A stretch of 64,000 nt of DNA, taken from IMG/VR virus record IMGVR_UViG_3300032053_011398, one strand, 5' to 3'. Both the position numbers and the translations under genes were made by a program. Below the pieces are notes generated by a model. That model saw only the letters and a program-made list of their open reading frames with translations. It had not been told where the DNA came from and ran no database searches. The number at the start of each line of letters is the position of its first letter. Positions within the stretch are counted from its first letter, which is position 1. This stretch comes from a virus. Positions 26,891-37,119 of the stretch are shown here, piece after piece.

Positions 26891-29425
26891 ATGTTTGAAA
26901 GATACAACTTTTCCGCCGAATTTCAGGACTTGCTTTTGGCGTGCATCATGAAGCACCCAAAGTTGTTTCTGCACAATGCGGGAACCCTGAACTCGGCTTA
27001 CTTCGCGGGCGTGGAGCGCACGGCCACGGCGCGGGCGCTCTTTGCTTACTGGCGCAAGAATGGCCGGTTCCCGTCCGAGGAGGCGCTGCTCCAGCTCGTT
27101 TACGATTCCATCATCCGCTCGTCCGAGGCCAAAGAGGAGGACAACGTGATGACGTATGTCCACAAGCTGAGGGGGATGGACACGTCCGATGCCGCCTACG
27201 TGTCCGAGCGCGTGGTCCAGTTCGCCAGGGAGCGGGCCATCTTCATCGCCGTGCAAAAGACCTACGATTTCCTGAAGCTGGGCGAAACCCCGCCCGGAGG
27301 CTACGCCAAGATGTTCGAGGACGCGCTCAAGATTGGGCAGAACCTCGAAGACCTGGGCTACAAGTTGGGGCCGGATTACCCCGACGAAGTGAACAAAATC
27401 ATCGACAAGCTGAGGACCAAAGACTACGGCACTTCGACCGGCTTTGGCGACCTGGACAAAATCTGGCCGCTGGGCTGGGGGCCGGGCTGGCTCATCTCCA
27501 TCCTGGCTCCGCCGAAGCGGTATAAGTGTTTAAGCCCTGGGACTGAGATACTTATGTTCGACGGCACCGTAAAGTTAGTCGAGAACATCACTGTCGGAGA
27601 CCAAATCATGGGGGACGACTCAACGCCGCGCAGAGTGCTCACCTGCGGCAAAGGACGCGGCCCCCTCTACTCGGTGAAGCAATCCAGCGGCAAAGACTTT
27701 ATCTGCAACGACGCCCACATCCTGTGCCTGCGCTCTCCTGACGGGCGCATTAAGGAAATGAGCGCTGAAGACTACGCCAAGCAAGCTCCGTGGTTCCACA
27801 GGCAGTGGCAAGGTTACAAGAACAAAGTGGATTTCCCGGATAAAAGCGTGCCGCTCGATCCCTACTTCCTGGGCTTATGGCTAGGTGACGGAACAACCTC
27901 CAAGCCTGAAATCTGTGTTTCCAGCGCTGACCGCGAAATTGCCGACTACCTCCGCCAATATGCAGTCGGTCAAGGGCTGAGGATCACTTACGGGGACGGA
28001 GACGGGTGCCGCCAGTTTAGCCTTGTTAAAGCACCGAAGCACGGACTCGTTTGCAGTGTTCCGGGGTGCCAAGAACCTCACCGTGCCGGTGGATTTTGCC
28101 ACAAGCACTACTGCCGGGCCAAGTATCATCACGGATTCAAAGTCACGCCGGTCGGCCAAACCCGCTGGAAAAATCCGGTAACAGAGGGGCTAAGATCACT
28201 CGGCATATTTGACAACAAGCGCGTCCCCACTGCCTACAAGGTCAATAGCCGTAGCATCCGGCTTCAACTTCTGGCCGGTCTTATCGACAGCGATGGCAGC
28301 TTCGCTAAAGGGCACGGATTTGTTCTGAGCCTGGTCTCCCGTGACTTAGCTCTGGATACCTGCTGGCTGGCGCGGAGCCTTGGCTTTCTTACGGGCATAA
28401 AACTCTACAAAACAACCATTAAGTCTATAGGATACATCGGGTGCGCGTGGCGCATAACCATTGCGGGGAACCTCTCTGAAATCCCGACACTGCTCCCTCG
28501 CAAGCGTGGCGCTAATTCCTTCAAGCATCGCCTTGGCCGCTACAAAGTCAAAGTCACACCCATCGGCGAAGGCGATTACTATGGCTTTACGATTGACGGC
28601 AACAGACGCTTTTTGCTGGATGATTTTACGGTCACGCACAATACCGCCTTCTGCATCAACCTGGCGATGAACATGGTCACGATGTATAATAAGCCTGTCT
28701 TCTACTACCCGTGCGAGATCAGCCAGGAGCTTGCCGCCGTCCGCTGCCTCTGCAATCTGACCAACATCCCCAGCGACTTCGCCTACCGTAACCTGAACAC
28801 CTTTGCGGAAAAAGCGACCGAGGCGGTCATGAAGGAGATGAAAAAGACGCTCCTCATCAAGGGTTACCCGTCGCGGACGGCGACCATCGGCGGCGACATC
28901 CGCGCCCACGCGCTCACCGCCCGCAGCCAGCTCGGCCTCAACCCTGGGGCCATCTTCATCGACTTCGCGGAGACGGTGAAGCCCAGTTCCGACCCCAAGC
29001 GGACCAGCGAGTGGCGTGCCCAGGGCGAAATCTACCTGGAAGCCCGCGCCCTGGGATCGGAGTTCGAGTGCCCCGTGATCCTGCCCGACCGCTGTACCAA
29101 GGAGACCGTGGGACACGCGGTGCCCAGCATGAAGTCATTCCAAGGATCGTTTGAAAAAGCTGGCATCGTGGACGCTGCCATCGGCCTCTGCGCCAGCGAT
29201 CAGGAATACCTGGACAACGCGATTCGCTACTTCGTGTTTCTGAACCGCCACGGCCCGGCTTACCAGCACTTCCGAGGAACAGTTGATCCGAAAGCCATGC
29301 GAATGAGCTTCCTGGAGAAAGTCGAGTGGCACCCCGAAGACGATGAGTGGGACGAACGTCGAAACGCTCGCCGTCCTGGCGGTAATCGCCGCCGTTTTGC
29401 TGCCCCGGTTGACCGGATAGGCTAG
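26891..29425 (+). CDS. replicative DnaB/gp41-like helicase, intein-containing
   Basis: STGFGDLDK, P-loop APPKRYK/T, CEIS, IFIDF, downstream RecA-fold elements. Confidence 0.88.
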   Translation: MFERYNFSAEFQDLLLACIMKHPKLFLHNAGTLNSAYFAGVERTATARALFAYWRKNGRFPSEEALLQLVYDSIIRSSEAKEEDNVMTYVHKLRGMDTSDAAYVSERVVQFARERAIFIAVQKTYDFLKLGETPPGGYAKMFEDALKIGQNLEDLGYKLGPDYPDEVNKIIDKLRTKDYGTSTGFGDLDKIWPLGWGPGWLISILAPPKRYKCLSPGTEILMFDGTVKLVENITVGDQIMGDDSTPRRVLTCGKGRGPLYSVKQSSGKDFICNDAHILCLRSPDGRIKEMSAEDYAKQAPWFHRQWQGYKNKVDFPDKSVPLDPYFLGLWLGDGTTSKPEICVSSADREIADYLRQYAVGQGLRITYGDGDGCRQFSLVKAPKHGLVCSVPGCQEPHRAGGFCHKHYCRAKYHHGFKVTPVGQTRWKNPVTEGLRSLGIFDNKRVPTAYKVNSRSIRLQLLAGLIDSDGSFAKGHGFVLSLVSRDLALDTCWLARSLGFLTGIKLYKTTIKSIGYIGCAWRITIAGNLSEIPTLLPRKRGANSFKHRLGRYKVKVTPIGEGDYYGFTIDGNRRFLLDDFTVTHNTAFCINLAMNMVTMYNKPVFYYPCEISQELAAVRCLCNLTNIPSDFAYRNLNTFAEKATEAVMKEMKKTLLIKGYPSRTATIGGDIRAHALTARSQLGLNPGAIFIDFAETVKPSSDPKRTSEWRAQGEIYLEARALGSEFECPVILPDRCTKETVGHAVPSMKSFQGSFEKAGIVDAAIGLCASDQEYLDNAIRYFVFLNRHGPAYQHFRGTVDPKAMRMSFLEKVEWHPEDDEWDERRNARRPGGNRRRFAAPVDRIG
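27527..28642 (+). mobile_element. intein (372 aa) with LAGLIDADG endonuclease, inserted in the helicase P-loop
   Basis: CLSPGTEILMFDG ... LGLWLGDG ... LAGLIDSDG ... DFTVTHN/T. Confidence 0.95.
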
Positions 29426-30177
29426 ATGGCAATGGTCGCCATCGAAATATCGTCGTAGGCATAGCTGCCCGCCATCATAGGGGAGAGTGGCCGCATCAAG
29501 TAGGCTTCCAGCATTTCGCGCCAGTCTCGACGGCTCATGTGCGCATCTCGAAAGCTGTCGATGCCATCAGAACAAAGGTAGATAACATCGCCCGGCTGAA
29601 CGGGAGTTTGGATCACGACCGGTTCCAGAAACCTGCTGCTGATCGTGCTGCCGCTTTCATCGTGGCCCTGAAGGATACAGTCGTAATACTCCTTGTTCTT
29701 TCCATGCTGAGCAGCGAGATAGCTCGCTTTGCGAGCTTCATCAAGGCCGTAGGACAGGAAATCAGGCTGAGGGCTGTTGACGTGAACCACGCGCACGTGC
29801 TCGTGGTTCTTATGGATGAACGTGCCATTGCCGTAAAGGTAGGCCGTCATCTTGTCGCCCTTCACCCAGGCCACAAGCAGAGAGACATCTAGCGCCTGGT
29901 AGTGCAAAGCGGGAAAGATAAGCTTCATGGCCGACGCCTTGCCAATAGTGTAAGTGCCGAAGAAGGCCGGAAACAAGTCCGTCGTGCGAGCCAGGCGCAC
30001 CGTTTCCCTGGCAGCTAAGGTTACCGCCCGCACGCCGAAGTCCATGTCGGGAATCTTGTTCGGCCCCTGGCCGTCGCAAATGATGGCATAAGCGAAATCG
30101 CCCGACGTTCCTGAAAGTGCGTAATCGACGCAGGCGATGAACGCCTGGCCCGCTAGATAAGTGTGAGTCGTTTTCAT
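29422..30177 (-). CDS. PP2C-like protein phosphatase domain protein
   Basis: CVDYA, AIICDG, LCSDGID, DDIS. Confidence 0.75.
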   Translation of the reverse strand: MKTTHTYLAGQAFIACVDYALSGTSGDFAYAIICDGQGPNKIPDMDFGVRAVTLAARETVRLARTTDLFPAFFGTYTIGKASAMKLIFPALHYQALDVSLLVAWVKGDKMTAYLYGNGTFIHKNHEHVRVVHVNSPQPDFLSYGLDEARKASYLAAQHGKNKEYYDCILQGHDESGSTISSRFLEPVVIQTPVQPGDVIYLCSDGIDSFRDAHMSRRDWREMLEAYLMRPLSPMMAGSYAYDDISMATIAI

Positions 30178-30887
30178 TTGCCAATTTTCGCTTTTACTTT
30201 CTTTTCCTCCGCCTCCGCCAAACGGCGGGCCGCAATCTTGATCTTGATCTCCGCGATATGCTTCTCGGTCATCTTGACGAGGCAAAACACCTGAGCGCCG
30301 AAGCTGGTGAGCGACACGGCCCAGCCCTGTATGGCTTTGCCATAGGTCTTGACCAAGACGCCCTTGATGCGGTGGACATACCGGATCAAGGGCTTGAAGT
30401 CGTCCTTGAGCTGAAACGAATTTCCTTTGAACTTGAACCGTTCGGCATCGCTCTCGTCATTCTTGACAGCCTTGCCCCAAAAGTGCCAGGGGGGCTTCGC
30501 CTCGAAGAAACCGAAATTTTGCTCCAGCGTAACGGGTTGATCGAAAACTATCCGCAGCGCCCGGCTCACTTTCGCCCGCTGTTTGTCGCAATCATTCAGC
30601 ATACGCAAACAGTCCAGCTCGATTCGCACGCGCTCAGCAGCCATTTGCAGGTTGCCCACGCTGCGCTGAAGAACTTCGAGATAGTCTTCGGGCGTCTCGC
30701 ACAAGTGGGAGTAAAACACCGGTTGGAAGCAAGGACGCCAATAGCGGCTGCGGTCGGTTAGCTCCAGTTGCACTCGCGGATCGCCTTCGTTGTTGGTGCC
30801 GAACTCTTTCTTGAGAACGGCCTCCAGCCGGTGGGTGACCTTCCAAAGTTTTTTGGTATCGACGGGGTTATGTTCGGGGATTTTCAT
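30174..30887 (-). CDS. hypothetical protein
   Basis: ORF from MKIPEHNP, coupled to the next gene. Confidence 0.65.
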   Translation of the reverse strand: MKIPEHNPVDTKKLWKVTHRLEAVLKKEFGTNNEGDPRVQLELTDRSRYWRPCFQPVFYSHLCETPEDYLEVLQRSVGNLQMAAERVRIELDCLRMLNDCDKQRAKVSRALRIVFDQPVTLEQNFGFFEAKPPWHFWGKAVKNDESDAERFKFKGNSFQLKDDFKPLIRYVHRIKGVLVKTYGKAIQGWAVSLTSFGAQVFCLVKMTEKHIAEIKIKIAARRLAEAEEKKVKAKIGK

Positions 30888-30942
30888 ATTATCGGTAGAG
30901 CGGCGTTTCCCGAAAGGGAATGTTTCCGGTTCTAATTCGTGG

Positions 30943-31860
30943 TCAGTGCGGGTTGTTGAGTTGGCTAAGCCGGGAAGCCAGGCCAGCTCGCCCGGCCTTT
31001 GGCGGCATCTTGGGTGTCGTAATGGCCGTGGCGGTGGGCTTGTCTCCGAAATCATGGGTTTTGAGAAAGGATACCGGCACTGGCGTTTTCACGTCATACC
31101 CATTCGTGGTGACCGCCTTGAAAACGTAACACTTGTTCCCCAGTGCCTCAACCAGAGCCATGCCCAAGTTGAGCGAGTTTTCGACGACCGACATCTGGAC
31201 GTATTCCTGGCGGCTGTGCATCCTGAAGTAGCCCGCAGGCAGGTTCAAGCACGGAAAGTCGAATTTCCGCTTGAGGACCGAAACGTCGGTGTAGGGATGG
31301 TGCTGCCAGTTCGTGGCACCGAACTTCTGGAGCTGGGGCCAGATGGCCTCGAAGAACGGCCCCTGAGTCGGGAACAACTGGGTGCCGTCGCAGGTGAAAG
31401 TCAGGATGTCGTCGCATGGGCTGTCGAACTCCAGCACGTAGCCCACACTCAGGAACCACTCCTCCAGGCAGTGGCGCGAGCCGTGACAACCGTTCTCCTC
31501 CGAGACGAAAAAAGCTGCCTTGCAAATCGGGAGCTGTTCGAGCATCTGGAGGCAGAGGTAGATGCCACTTTTGTCGTCCCCACCACAGCCGACCTGCTCC
31601 TCCGTCCAATCGGTCGCAAAGAGTCTGTCGCCCTCTTCGTGGATGATGACGTTGGTCGGTTCGTGGACCGTATCCGTGTGGGCCGCGACGCATGGATAGA
31701 CTACCGCCACGCCTTTGGTGACGTAAATGTTGCCTCGTGGGTCTCTCCTGGCGACGCAGTTCGTGGCCTTGAAATACTCCATAAGCCATTCCAGCATAAG
31801 GGTTTCACGCCCAGTAGCGGTCGGCACTCTCAGCAGGTCTTTCAGCAATCGCTTATTCAT
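30943..31860 (-). CDS. M20/M28/M42-family metallopeptidase
   Basis: AHTDTVH, GGDDKSG, VSEENG, YTDV, GYFRMHS.QE; TGA stop lies within the dispersed motif. Confidence 0.9.
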   Translation of the reverse strand: MNKRLLKDLLRVPTATGRETLMLEWLMEYFKATNCVARRDPRGNIYVTKGVAVVYPCVAAHTDTVHEPTNVIIHEEGDRLFATDWTEEQVGCGGDDKSGIYLCLQMLEQLPICKAAFFVSEENGCHGSRHCLEEWFLSVGYVLEFDSPCDDILTFTCDGTQLFPTQGPFFEAIWPQLQKFGATNWQHHPYTDVSVLKRKFDFPCLNLPAGYFRMHSRQEYVQMSVVENSLNLGMALVEALGNKCYVFKAVTTNGYDVKTPVPVSFLKTHDFGDKPTATAITTPKMPPKAGRAGLASRLSQLNNPH

Positions 31861-31868
31861 TCGAGAGA

Positions 31869-31897
31869 AAAGTAAACTATTTCCACTCCGGCGTCAA
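31869..31897 (-). promoter_or_regulatory. sigma70-like promoter (leaderless peptidase mRNA)
   Basis: TTGACG-N17-TACTTT-N8-ATG. Confidence 0.65.
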
Positions 31898-31962
31898 GAG
31901 GGTTGTGAAGATTTTTCACTGGGCACCCGGTCCACCAATTTCGTTCTCAGGAAGAGACGATT

Positions 31963-32565
31963 ATGAACTATAGCCAGAATAACGAAGAAACGGTGATTTT
32001 GAGCCTGCTGAAGACCCCCGGCTACAGCAAAGGGCGCTTCCTGGACATTGGAGCTTACGACGGAAAAACCTTCAGCAATACGCTCCGCCTGGCCGAGCTG
32101 GGCTGGGCCGGAGTCTGCGTTGAACCCTCGCCGACCGCGTTCACCGGCCTGATAAAGACTCACCAAGCCAACCCGGAGATCATTCTCGTCCAGGCTGCGG
32201 TCAGCGTGGATGGCGGATGGCTCGATTTTTACGACAGCGGCGGCGACGCCGTATCGTCCTCCGATCTGGCGCACATCGAGAAGTGGCGCACCAATGCGGG
32301 CGTCAAGTTCACCCGCTTTTGCCTCAAATCAATTTCCATCGGGGAATTGTTTACAAAATTCGGGAACAACTACGATTTTATCAATCTCGATGTCGAGGGG
32401 CTGAACTGGGAACTATTCCAGGCACTTCCCTGGGAATTCCTGACTCGCACCCAAATCATCTGCGTGGAGCACGACTTCCACGCAGAAGAGATGGCCAAAC
32501 TGGCTCTAGGCTACAGCTTCAAAAAGGTCGCGGTGAACGCCGAGAACTTAATCCTCGCCAAATGA
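31963..32565 (+). CDS. FkbM-family methyltransferase
   Basis: YSQNNEE, FLDIGAYDG..SNT, VEP, INLDVEG. Confidence 0.92.
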   Translation: MNYSQNNEETVILSLLKTPGYSKGRFLDIGAYDGKTFSNTLRLAELGWAGVCVEPSPTAFTGLIKTHQANPEIILVQAAVSVDGGWLDFYDSGGDAVSSSDLAHIEKWRTNAGVKFTRFCLKSISIGELFTKFGNNYDFINLDVEGLNWELFQALPWEFLTRTQIICVEHDFHAEEMAKLALGYSFKKVAVNAENLILAK

Positions 32566-33287
32566 GATGCGTTGTCAATTACGCCAAGGCTGCCCCGTGG
32601 CCCAACCTATGGTATCCACGCGGGCAGCAACGGCTGGAGCGCAGTTTGTCCGACCAGGGCTGGAACGAGGGCGTCTTGCTGTTCCGTGATGAGTCGGAAC
32701 TGGGCGTGCCGCCGCACGCGGAGCTGCCCTATGCCTTTAAAGTCGCGGCTCTGCGAGTGGCAGCCAAGCGGGGTTACACGTCCCTGCTGTGGACGGATGC
32801 TTCGATCTTTGCGATCAAACCGCTTAATCCGGTGTTCGAGCACATCGAGAAGCACGGCCATCTGTTTTTCCATGCGGGATTCAACTGTGCCCAGTGGACG
32901 AACGACCGGGCGCTCTCAATCCTGGGCGTCACCCGCGACGAGGCCGAAAAGATTCCGATGCTCATGGCGCTGTGCCTGGGCCTTGACCTGCGAAACGAGC
33001 GCACCCAGCGGTTTCTCGATAAAATCGAGTCCATCATCCTCCATACCGAAGCGGTGCGCGGGGGTTGGACGAACGAGAACAAGCAGGAATCGGCTGACCC
33101 GCGCTGCCTGGGACACCGGCACGATCAATCGGTTGCGAGCATCATTGCCGGGCAACTCGGCATGGCGCTGGAACCTCCTGCCCTCATGAACTACTATGGC
33201 CCGCAGTTGTATCAGTATGGCTGGCCCAACGACATGAGCAGAATTGCCGACAGCGTGGTGCTGCTGGCACAAGGGATGATGTCATGA
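32562..33287 (+). CDS. putative glycosyltransferase-like protein (paralog A)
   Basis: PYAFK, LLWTDAS, HRHDQS; paralog of the next gene. Confidence 0.65.
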   Translation: MRCVVNYAKAAPWPNLWYPRGQQRLERSLSDQGWNEGVLLFRDESELGVPPHAELPYAFKVAALRVAAKRGYTSLLWTDASIFAIKPLNPVFEHIEKHGHLFFHAGFNCAQWTNDRALSILGVTRDEAEKIPMLMALCLGLDLRNERTQRFLDKIESIILHTEAVRGGWTNENKQESADPRCLGHRHDQSVASIIAGQLGMALEPPALMNYYGPQLYQYGWPNDMSRIADSVVLLAQGMMS

Positions 33288-33958
33288 AAAGGTGCATCAT
33301 CAATGTGGCGGTCGGAGGCTGGTATCCACGCGGGCAACAACGGCTGGAGCGCAGCATTCATCAACACGGCTTCCAGGGCGACTTCCTAGCTTGGGAAGGG
33401 AAGTATCCCCCTGGCAGCCCGCCGCACGCGGAGCTGCCCTACGGCTTCAAATCTTACGCTTTCACCGAAGCCGTTAACCAGGGCTACGAAACGATTCTCT
33501 GGCTCGACGCCTCCTGTTGGGCTATCAAGCCCTTGGAGTTGCTGTTTGACCACATCGAACAGGAAGGCCACGTCTTTTCCTATGAAGGCTGGTGGGCCGG
33601 TCAATGGCTAAAAGACCAAGCCTTGGCCAACATGAGCATTAGCCGCGACGACGCCCTCAAGGTGCCGCTGCTCGGCGGCATGTTCATGGGCATCCACCTG
33701 ATGCACGAACGCTCGCGCAAATGGCTGGAGCAGTTCATCACCATCTGCCAGAACGGCATGACTCTGCCCGGCCAACCTAGAAATGTTGACCACTGTGTTT
33801 CGCAGGACGACCGTTGCCTGGGCCACATCGCCGATCAAGCGGTCGCTTCGATCCTTGCCTACCGTTTAGGCATGGAGATCACGCATCCCCCGAAATGGCG
33901 CGACTGGGCGCGTCCAGACCCCGATCCCTCGACCGTAATCCTAGCCGCAGGCATGTAG
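33284..33958 (+). CDS. putative glycosyltransferase-like protein (paralog B)
   Basis: WYPRGQQRLERS, PPHAELPY.FK, ILWLDAS shared with paralog A. Confidence 0.65.
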   Translation: MKRCIINVAVGGWYPRGQQRLERSIHQHGFQGDFLAWEGKYPPGSPPHAELPYGFKSYAFTEAVNQGYETILWLDASCWAIKPLELLFDHIEQEGHVFSYEGWWAGQWLKDQALANMSISRDDALKVPLLGGMFMGIHLMHERSRKWLEQFITICQNGMTLPGQPRNVDHCVSQDDRCLGHIADQAVASILAYRLGMEITHPPKWRDWARPDPDPSTVILAAGM

Positions 33959-33960
33959 TT

Positions 33961-34515
33961 ATGTATATCGTTGAAGGTTCATTCACTGGACTCCACGGCA
34001 CAGAAATCGAAGTTTTCCGCCGCGTGCTTCAGGGCACGGGCGGAATTGGAGTGGAGATTGGCTGCTGCGATGGCTACAGCACGGTCAACATCCTGGCGGT
34101 CTCCGATCTTCACTTGACCAGCATCGACCCATTCATCGTCGATCCGGTCGCGCCCTGCCTCCAAGGCAAGCTGGAACGATTCCAGACAAATCTAAAACCG
34201 TTCGGCGAACGCATCACGCTGCTCCAGGACTACTCCTGGAACGTGGTGAAGACCTGGAAAACCCCGCTGGACTTCCTGTTCATCGACGGCGACCACCGCT
34301 ACGAAAGCGTCCTGCGCGACTTCAACGAGTGGACACCCTTGATTAAAACTGGGGGCATCCTGGCCATGCACGATTCCCGCATGGGGCGGGCAGGCGGAGC
34401 CACTTTCCATCCCGGCCCAACGCGGGTCGCACGCGAACAAGTTTACGACCAGCCACACCGCTGGGCGATCATTGGCGAAGCGTTTTCACTCACCGTAGCG
34501 CGTAAAATCACATGA
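33961..34515 (+). CDS. class I SAM methyltransferase (Methyltransf_24-like)
   Basis: VEIGCCDGYS, DFLFIDGDHRYE, GGILAMHD. Confidence 0.88.
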   Translation: MYIVEGSFTGLHGTEIEVFRRVLQGTGGIGVEIGCCDGYSTVNILAVSDLHLTSIDPFIVDPVAPCLQGKLERFQTNLKPFGERITLLQDYSWNVVKTWKTPLDFLFIDGDHRYESVLRDFNEWTPLIKTGGILAMHDSRMGRAGGATFHPGPTRVAREQVYDQPHRWAIIGEAFSLTVARKIT

Positions 34516-35333
34516 AAATTTTCGTAGGATATTCCATTTGGTGCCAACAGGATATGCTCAGTTATCTGCTCGAAGGCATCGTGGACAACTTCGACCCGGA
34601 TAAAACCGAACTTGGCTTTGTGTTTACAAAGCCAGAAAACCCCGCTTTTGACGCCTTTAACTGTATGCACTATTTTTGGTTGACTGAGCGCGGATTCAAA
34701 TTCGTGCCCAACCAACCAAAACCGCACGATACGAAATCTTTCAAATTCATAGCGATCAAAGCTGACCACGACCTTACAGAATGTGGCGGTCACAATGTGC
34801 TTTTACGCTATTTCATGGAGCAAACGGACTGCGACGTGATGCTAGCGCCGCAAGATGACACGCGCTTTTTACAGCCTGTTCATCAAGAGCTAGAGACTGT
34901 TTTGAAAAGGTATGGGGATAAAATCGGTTTAATCGGCAGCCGCGACGGATTTAGCACACTCGGATTTCAGGACACAGCCAGCTCATTTTGGTCCAATTCA
35001 AATCCCCCTCCAAAAATCTACTTAAAACACGGAGAATGTGCCGAACGCACCCTTTTCAACTCAGGACCGGTCACATACCCCCGGACTACGGTGCAAAAAG
35101 TTGGCTATCTTGACGAGCTGTTTACTGCCTGGAACATTTGGGTGGATTACGGATGGCGGTGCAAAAAAGCAGGTTTAACCAGCGTCTCTATGGGCATGAA
35201 CGTCCGTCACTACAAGTTTGGACGGCAAGATCAATCTTGGATTTACGACTCCGTAGATGGCGTAGTTTGCGGATATACAGCGAAAGATAACCGCTATTTG
35301 CTTCAGAAGCATCCAGACTTGATGCACACCTAG
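34512..35333 (+). CDS. GT2-like glycosyltransferase
   Basis: PQDD, KVGYLDELF, VDYGWR. Confidence 0.7.
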   Translation: MKIFVGYSIWCQQDMLSYLLEGIVDNFDPDKTELGFVFTKPENPAFDAFNCMHYFWLTERGFKFVPNQPKPHDTKSFKFIAIKADHDLTECGGHNVLLRYFMEQTDCDVMLAPQDDTRFLQPVHQELETVLKRYGDKIGLIGSRDGFSTLGFQDTASSFWSNSNPPPKIYLKHGECAERTLFNSGPVTYPRTTVQKVGYLDELFTAWNIWVDYGWRCKKAGLTSVSMGMNVRHYKFGRQDQSWIYDSVDGVVCGYTAKDNRYLLQKHPDLMHT

Positions 35334-35349
35334 CCAACAGGCTCGCCAC

Positions 35350-36027
35350 GTGTTTGACTACACCGAAATACCGACTGAAAATCTTAGGGCTTTAAGCCGC
35401 TATCCATACTTAAACCACATCCAGCGCGGCTTTCAAACTTACCTCATTACCTGCACCATCTTGCGCGAAAACGTGCCCGGAGCGTGCGTGGAGTGCGGCG
35501 TTGGCAGCGGTGGAATGCCCGCAGCTATGGCTTTGGCGATGAAACAACTTAAAATTCGCCGACCTATCCATCTGTTCGACAGCTTCGAGGGAATTCCACT
35601 GGCTGGCCCCAAGGACAAAGAACAACCTGGCATAGGAAAAATCACAACAGACGTGCTCCAGCCAATCGAAAAACGGTTAGTCAGCAGCAAGATAGCAACT
35701 TGTTCCGTCACCGATGTAAAAAACTACTTGGCAAAGTGGGGCTTCCAGGACTATGAGTTTTACTTTCATGTGGGCTGGTTTCAGAAGACCATGCCTGGCA
35801 CAAACATTGGACCCATTGCTTTCCTCCGCTTAGACGCCGATCTTTACGAATCCACAGAATGCGCCCTTCAGCATCTTTACCCCTTTGTTTGCCCTCAAGG
35901 TTTTGTTTTTATTGACGACTGGGGTCTGGCTGGCTGCCAACAAGCCGTAAAAGATTACTTTACAAGTCAACCTTCAGTTCCCTGTTATCAGTTTGAAGAA
36001 TTTGGAGCTGCTTACTGGAGAAAATAG
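35350..36027 (+). CDS. TylF/MycF/NovP-family O-methyltransferase
   Basis: VECGVGSG, LFDSFEGIP, GWFQKT, LRLDADLYEST, IDDW. Confidence 0.92.
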   Translation: MFDYTEIPTENLRALSRYPYLNHIQRGFQTYLITCTILRENVPGACVECGVGSGGMPAAMALAMKQLKIRRPIHLFDSFEGIPLAGPKDKEQPGIGKITTDVLQPIEKRLVSSKIATCSVTDVKNYLAKWGFQDYEFYFHVGWFQKTMPGTNIGPIAFLRLDADLYESTECALQHLYPFVCPQGFVFIDDWGLAGCQQAVKDYFTSQPSVPCYQFEEFGAAYWRK

Positions 36028-36028
36028 T

Positions 36029-36658
36029 ATGGGCATCGTTCCTACCAGCTTAGATTTCCTGAACCGTCACCTTCCCTTGGTTGGCGGATTAAACAACTGC
36101 CGCATGATGGAGCTGGGCAACCAGCAGATGTATTGGCACCCCAACATCCCCGAAGGCAGCGCGGCCAAATCCTGGTTTGAGCGGATGGGTGCCCGGCACA
36201 CGTCCATCGACAGCAATGGCGAACTCGGCTCGATCAAGCTCGATCTGTCTCTGCCAATTGAAAGACCGGAGTGGATTGGCACGTTCGACGTGGTAACCGA
36301 CTTCGGAACCGGTGAGCACATCGGAATCAATGAACACATCAGAAAGCCCCTGGAAGGTCTCTACCAATGCCGGGCCAACTGCCATCGCTGGTGCCGCCTG
36401 GGCGGCATCATGCTGTTCATGAACCCAAAGACAGGCCACTGGCCGCTTCACGGTTTCCACTACTTTACAGTGGCCCACTACCAGCAGTTGGCCGAAGCCT
36501 GCTCATACACGACTCTGGAACTTTCCGAGCACCCCTCCGGTGGAAACTACGTGGACGGCTTGCAGATTCACGCCGCGTTACAGAAGGTAAGCGACGTTCC
36601 CTTTGTCACGCGGGAGCGGTTCACCGAAATTTGCAACAGCACGGTCTTCCCAGCTTAG
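36029..36658 (+). CDS. putative methyltransferase
   Basis: MELGNQ, FDVVTDFGTGEH, GGIM. Confidence 0.7.
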   Translation: MGIVPTSLDFLNRHLPLVGGLNNCRMMELGNQQMYWHPNIPEGSAAKSWFERMGARHTSIDSNGELGSIKLDLSLPIERPEWIGTFDVVTDFGTGEHIGINEHIRKPLEGLYQCRANCHRWCRLGGIMLFMNPKTGHWPLHGFHYFTVAHYQQLAEACSYTTLELSEHPSGGNYVDGLQIHAALQKVSDVPFVTRERFTEICNSTVFPA

Positions 36659-36695
36659 GGCAGCGCATTAAGCAGTGACTTGTGATCTCCAGATT

Positions 36696-36789
36696 GGCGC
36701 TCGCGTAGCCGGTTCACCGAATTTTCATGGACGAGAGCCGATGCGCGTCATCATCCTTGACCTGGCCAGCGGAGTCTTCGCTTAAGACA
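36696..36789 (-). repeat. 94-bp exact duplicate (inverted) of 55986-56079
   Basis: Identical sequence encoding VLSEDSAGQVKDDDAHRLSSMKIR* plus ACCGGCTACGCGAGCGCC. Confidence 0.95.
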
Positions 36790-37088
36790 CAGGGCCAAAC
36801 CGCACCTTCATATATGACGGTGCAACCTATTAAATCAGGATTCTTCACCGTGGGCGAAGGGTTGCTTAGGACGCGGCAACACAAGCCCGCGCTTTCATCC
36901 TCCCTGGGATCGCCCAAGACAATACAGTGGTCATCCTTCATGAGCGCCCGGAAGGGCTGATTGCGCAACATCTTACCGTCGCGCAGAATGTCCACGCGGC
37001 GCAACATCGTGGTTTGAATCGCTGCCGCGCCCGTGGCAGTAGCCAGAAGCGTGAGCAAGCCCGCCCGGAGAAATAAACGTCTGTTCAT
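36714..37088 (-). CDS. hypothetical protein with Tat-like signal
   Basis: MNRRLFLRAGLLTLLA; C-terminus supplied by the 94-bp duplicate. Confidence 0.5.
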   Translation of the reverse strand: MNRRLFLRAGLLTLLATATGAAAIQTTMLRRVDILRDGKMLRNQPFRALMKDDHCIVLGDPREDESAGLCCRVLSNPSPTVKNPDLIGCTVIYEGAVWPCVLSEDSAGQVKDDDAHRLSSMKIR

Positions 37089-37119
37089 AATGGGGTCAAA
37101 GGTTTTTATCGTTGCAAAT

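Noticed and set aside
32217-32561. N-terminal extension of ORF 32217-33287
   Set aside because: Overlaps the FkbM gene; homology with the paralog begins at ATG 32562
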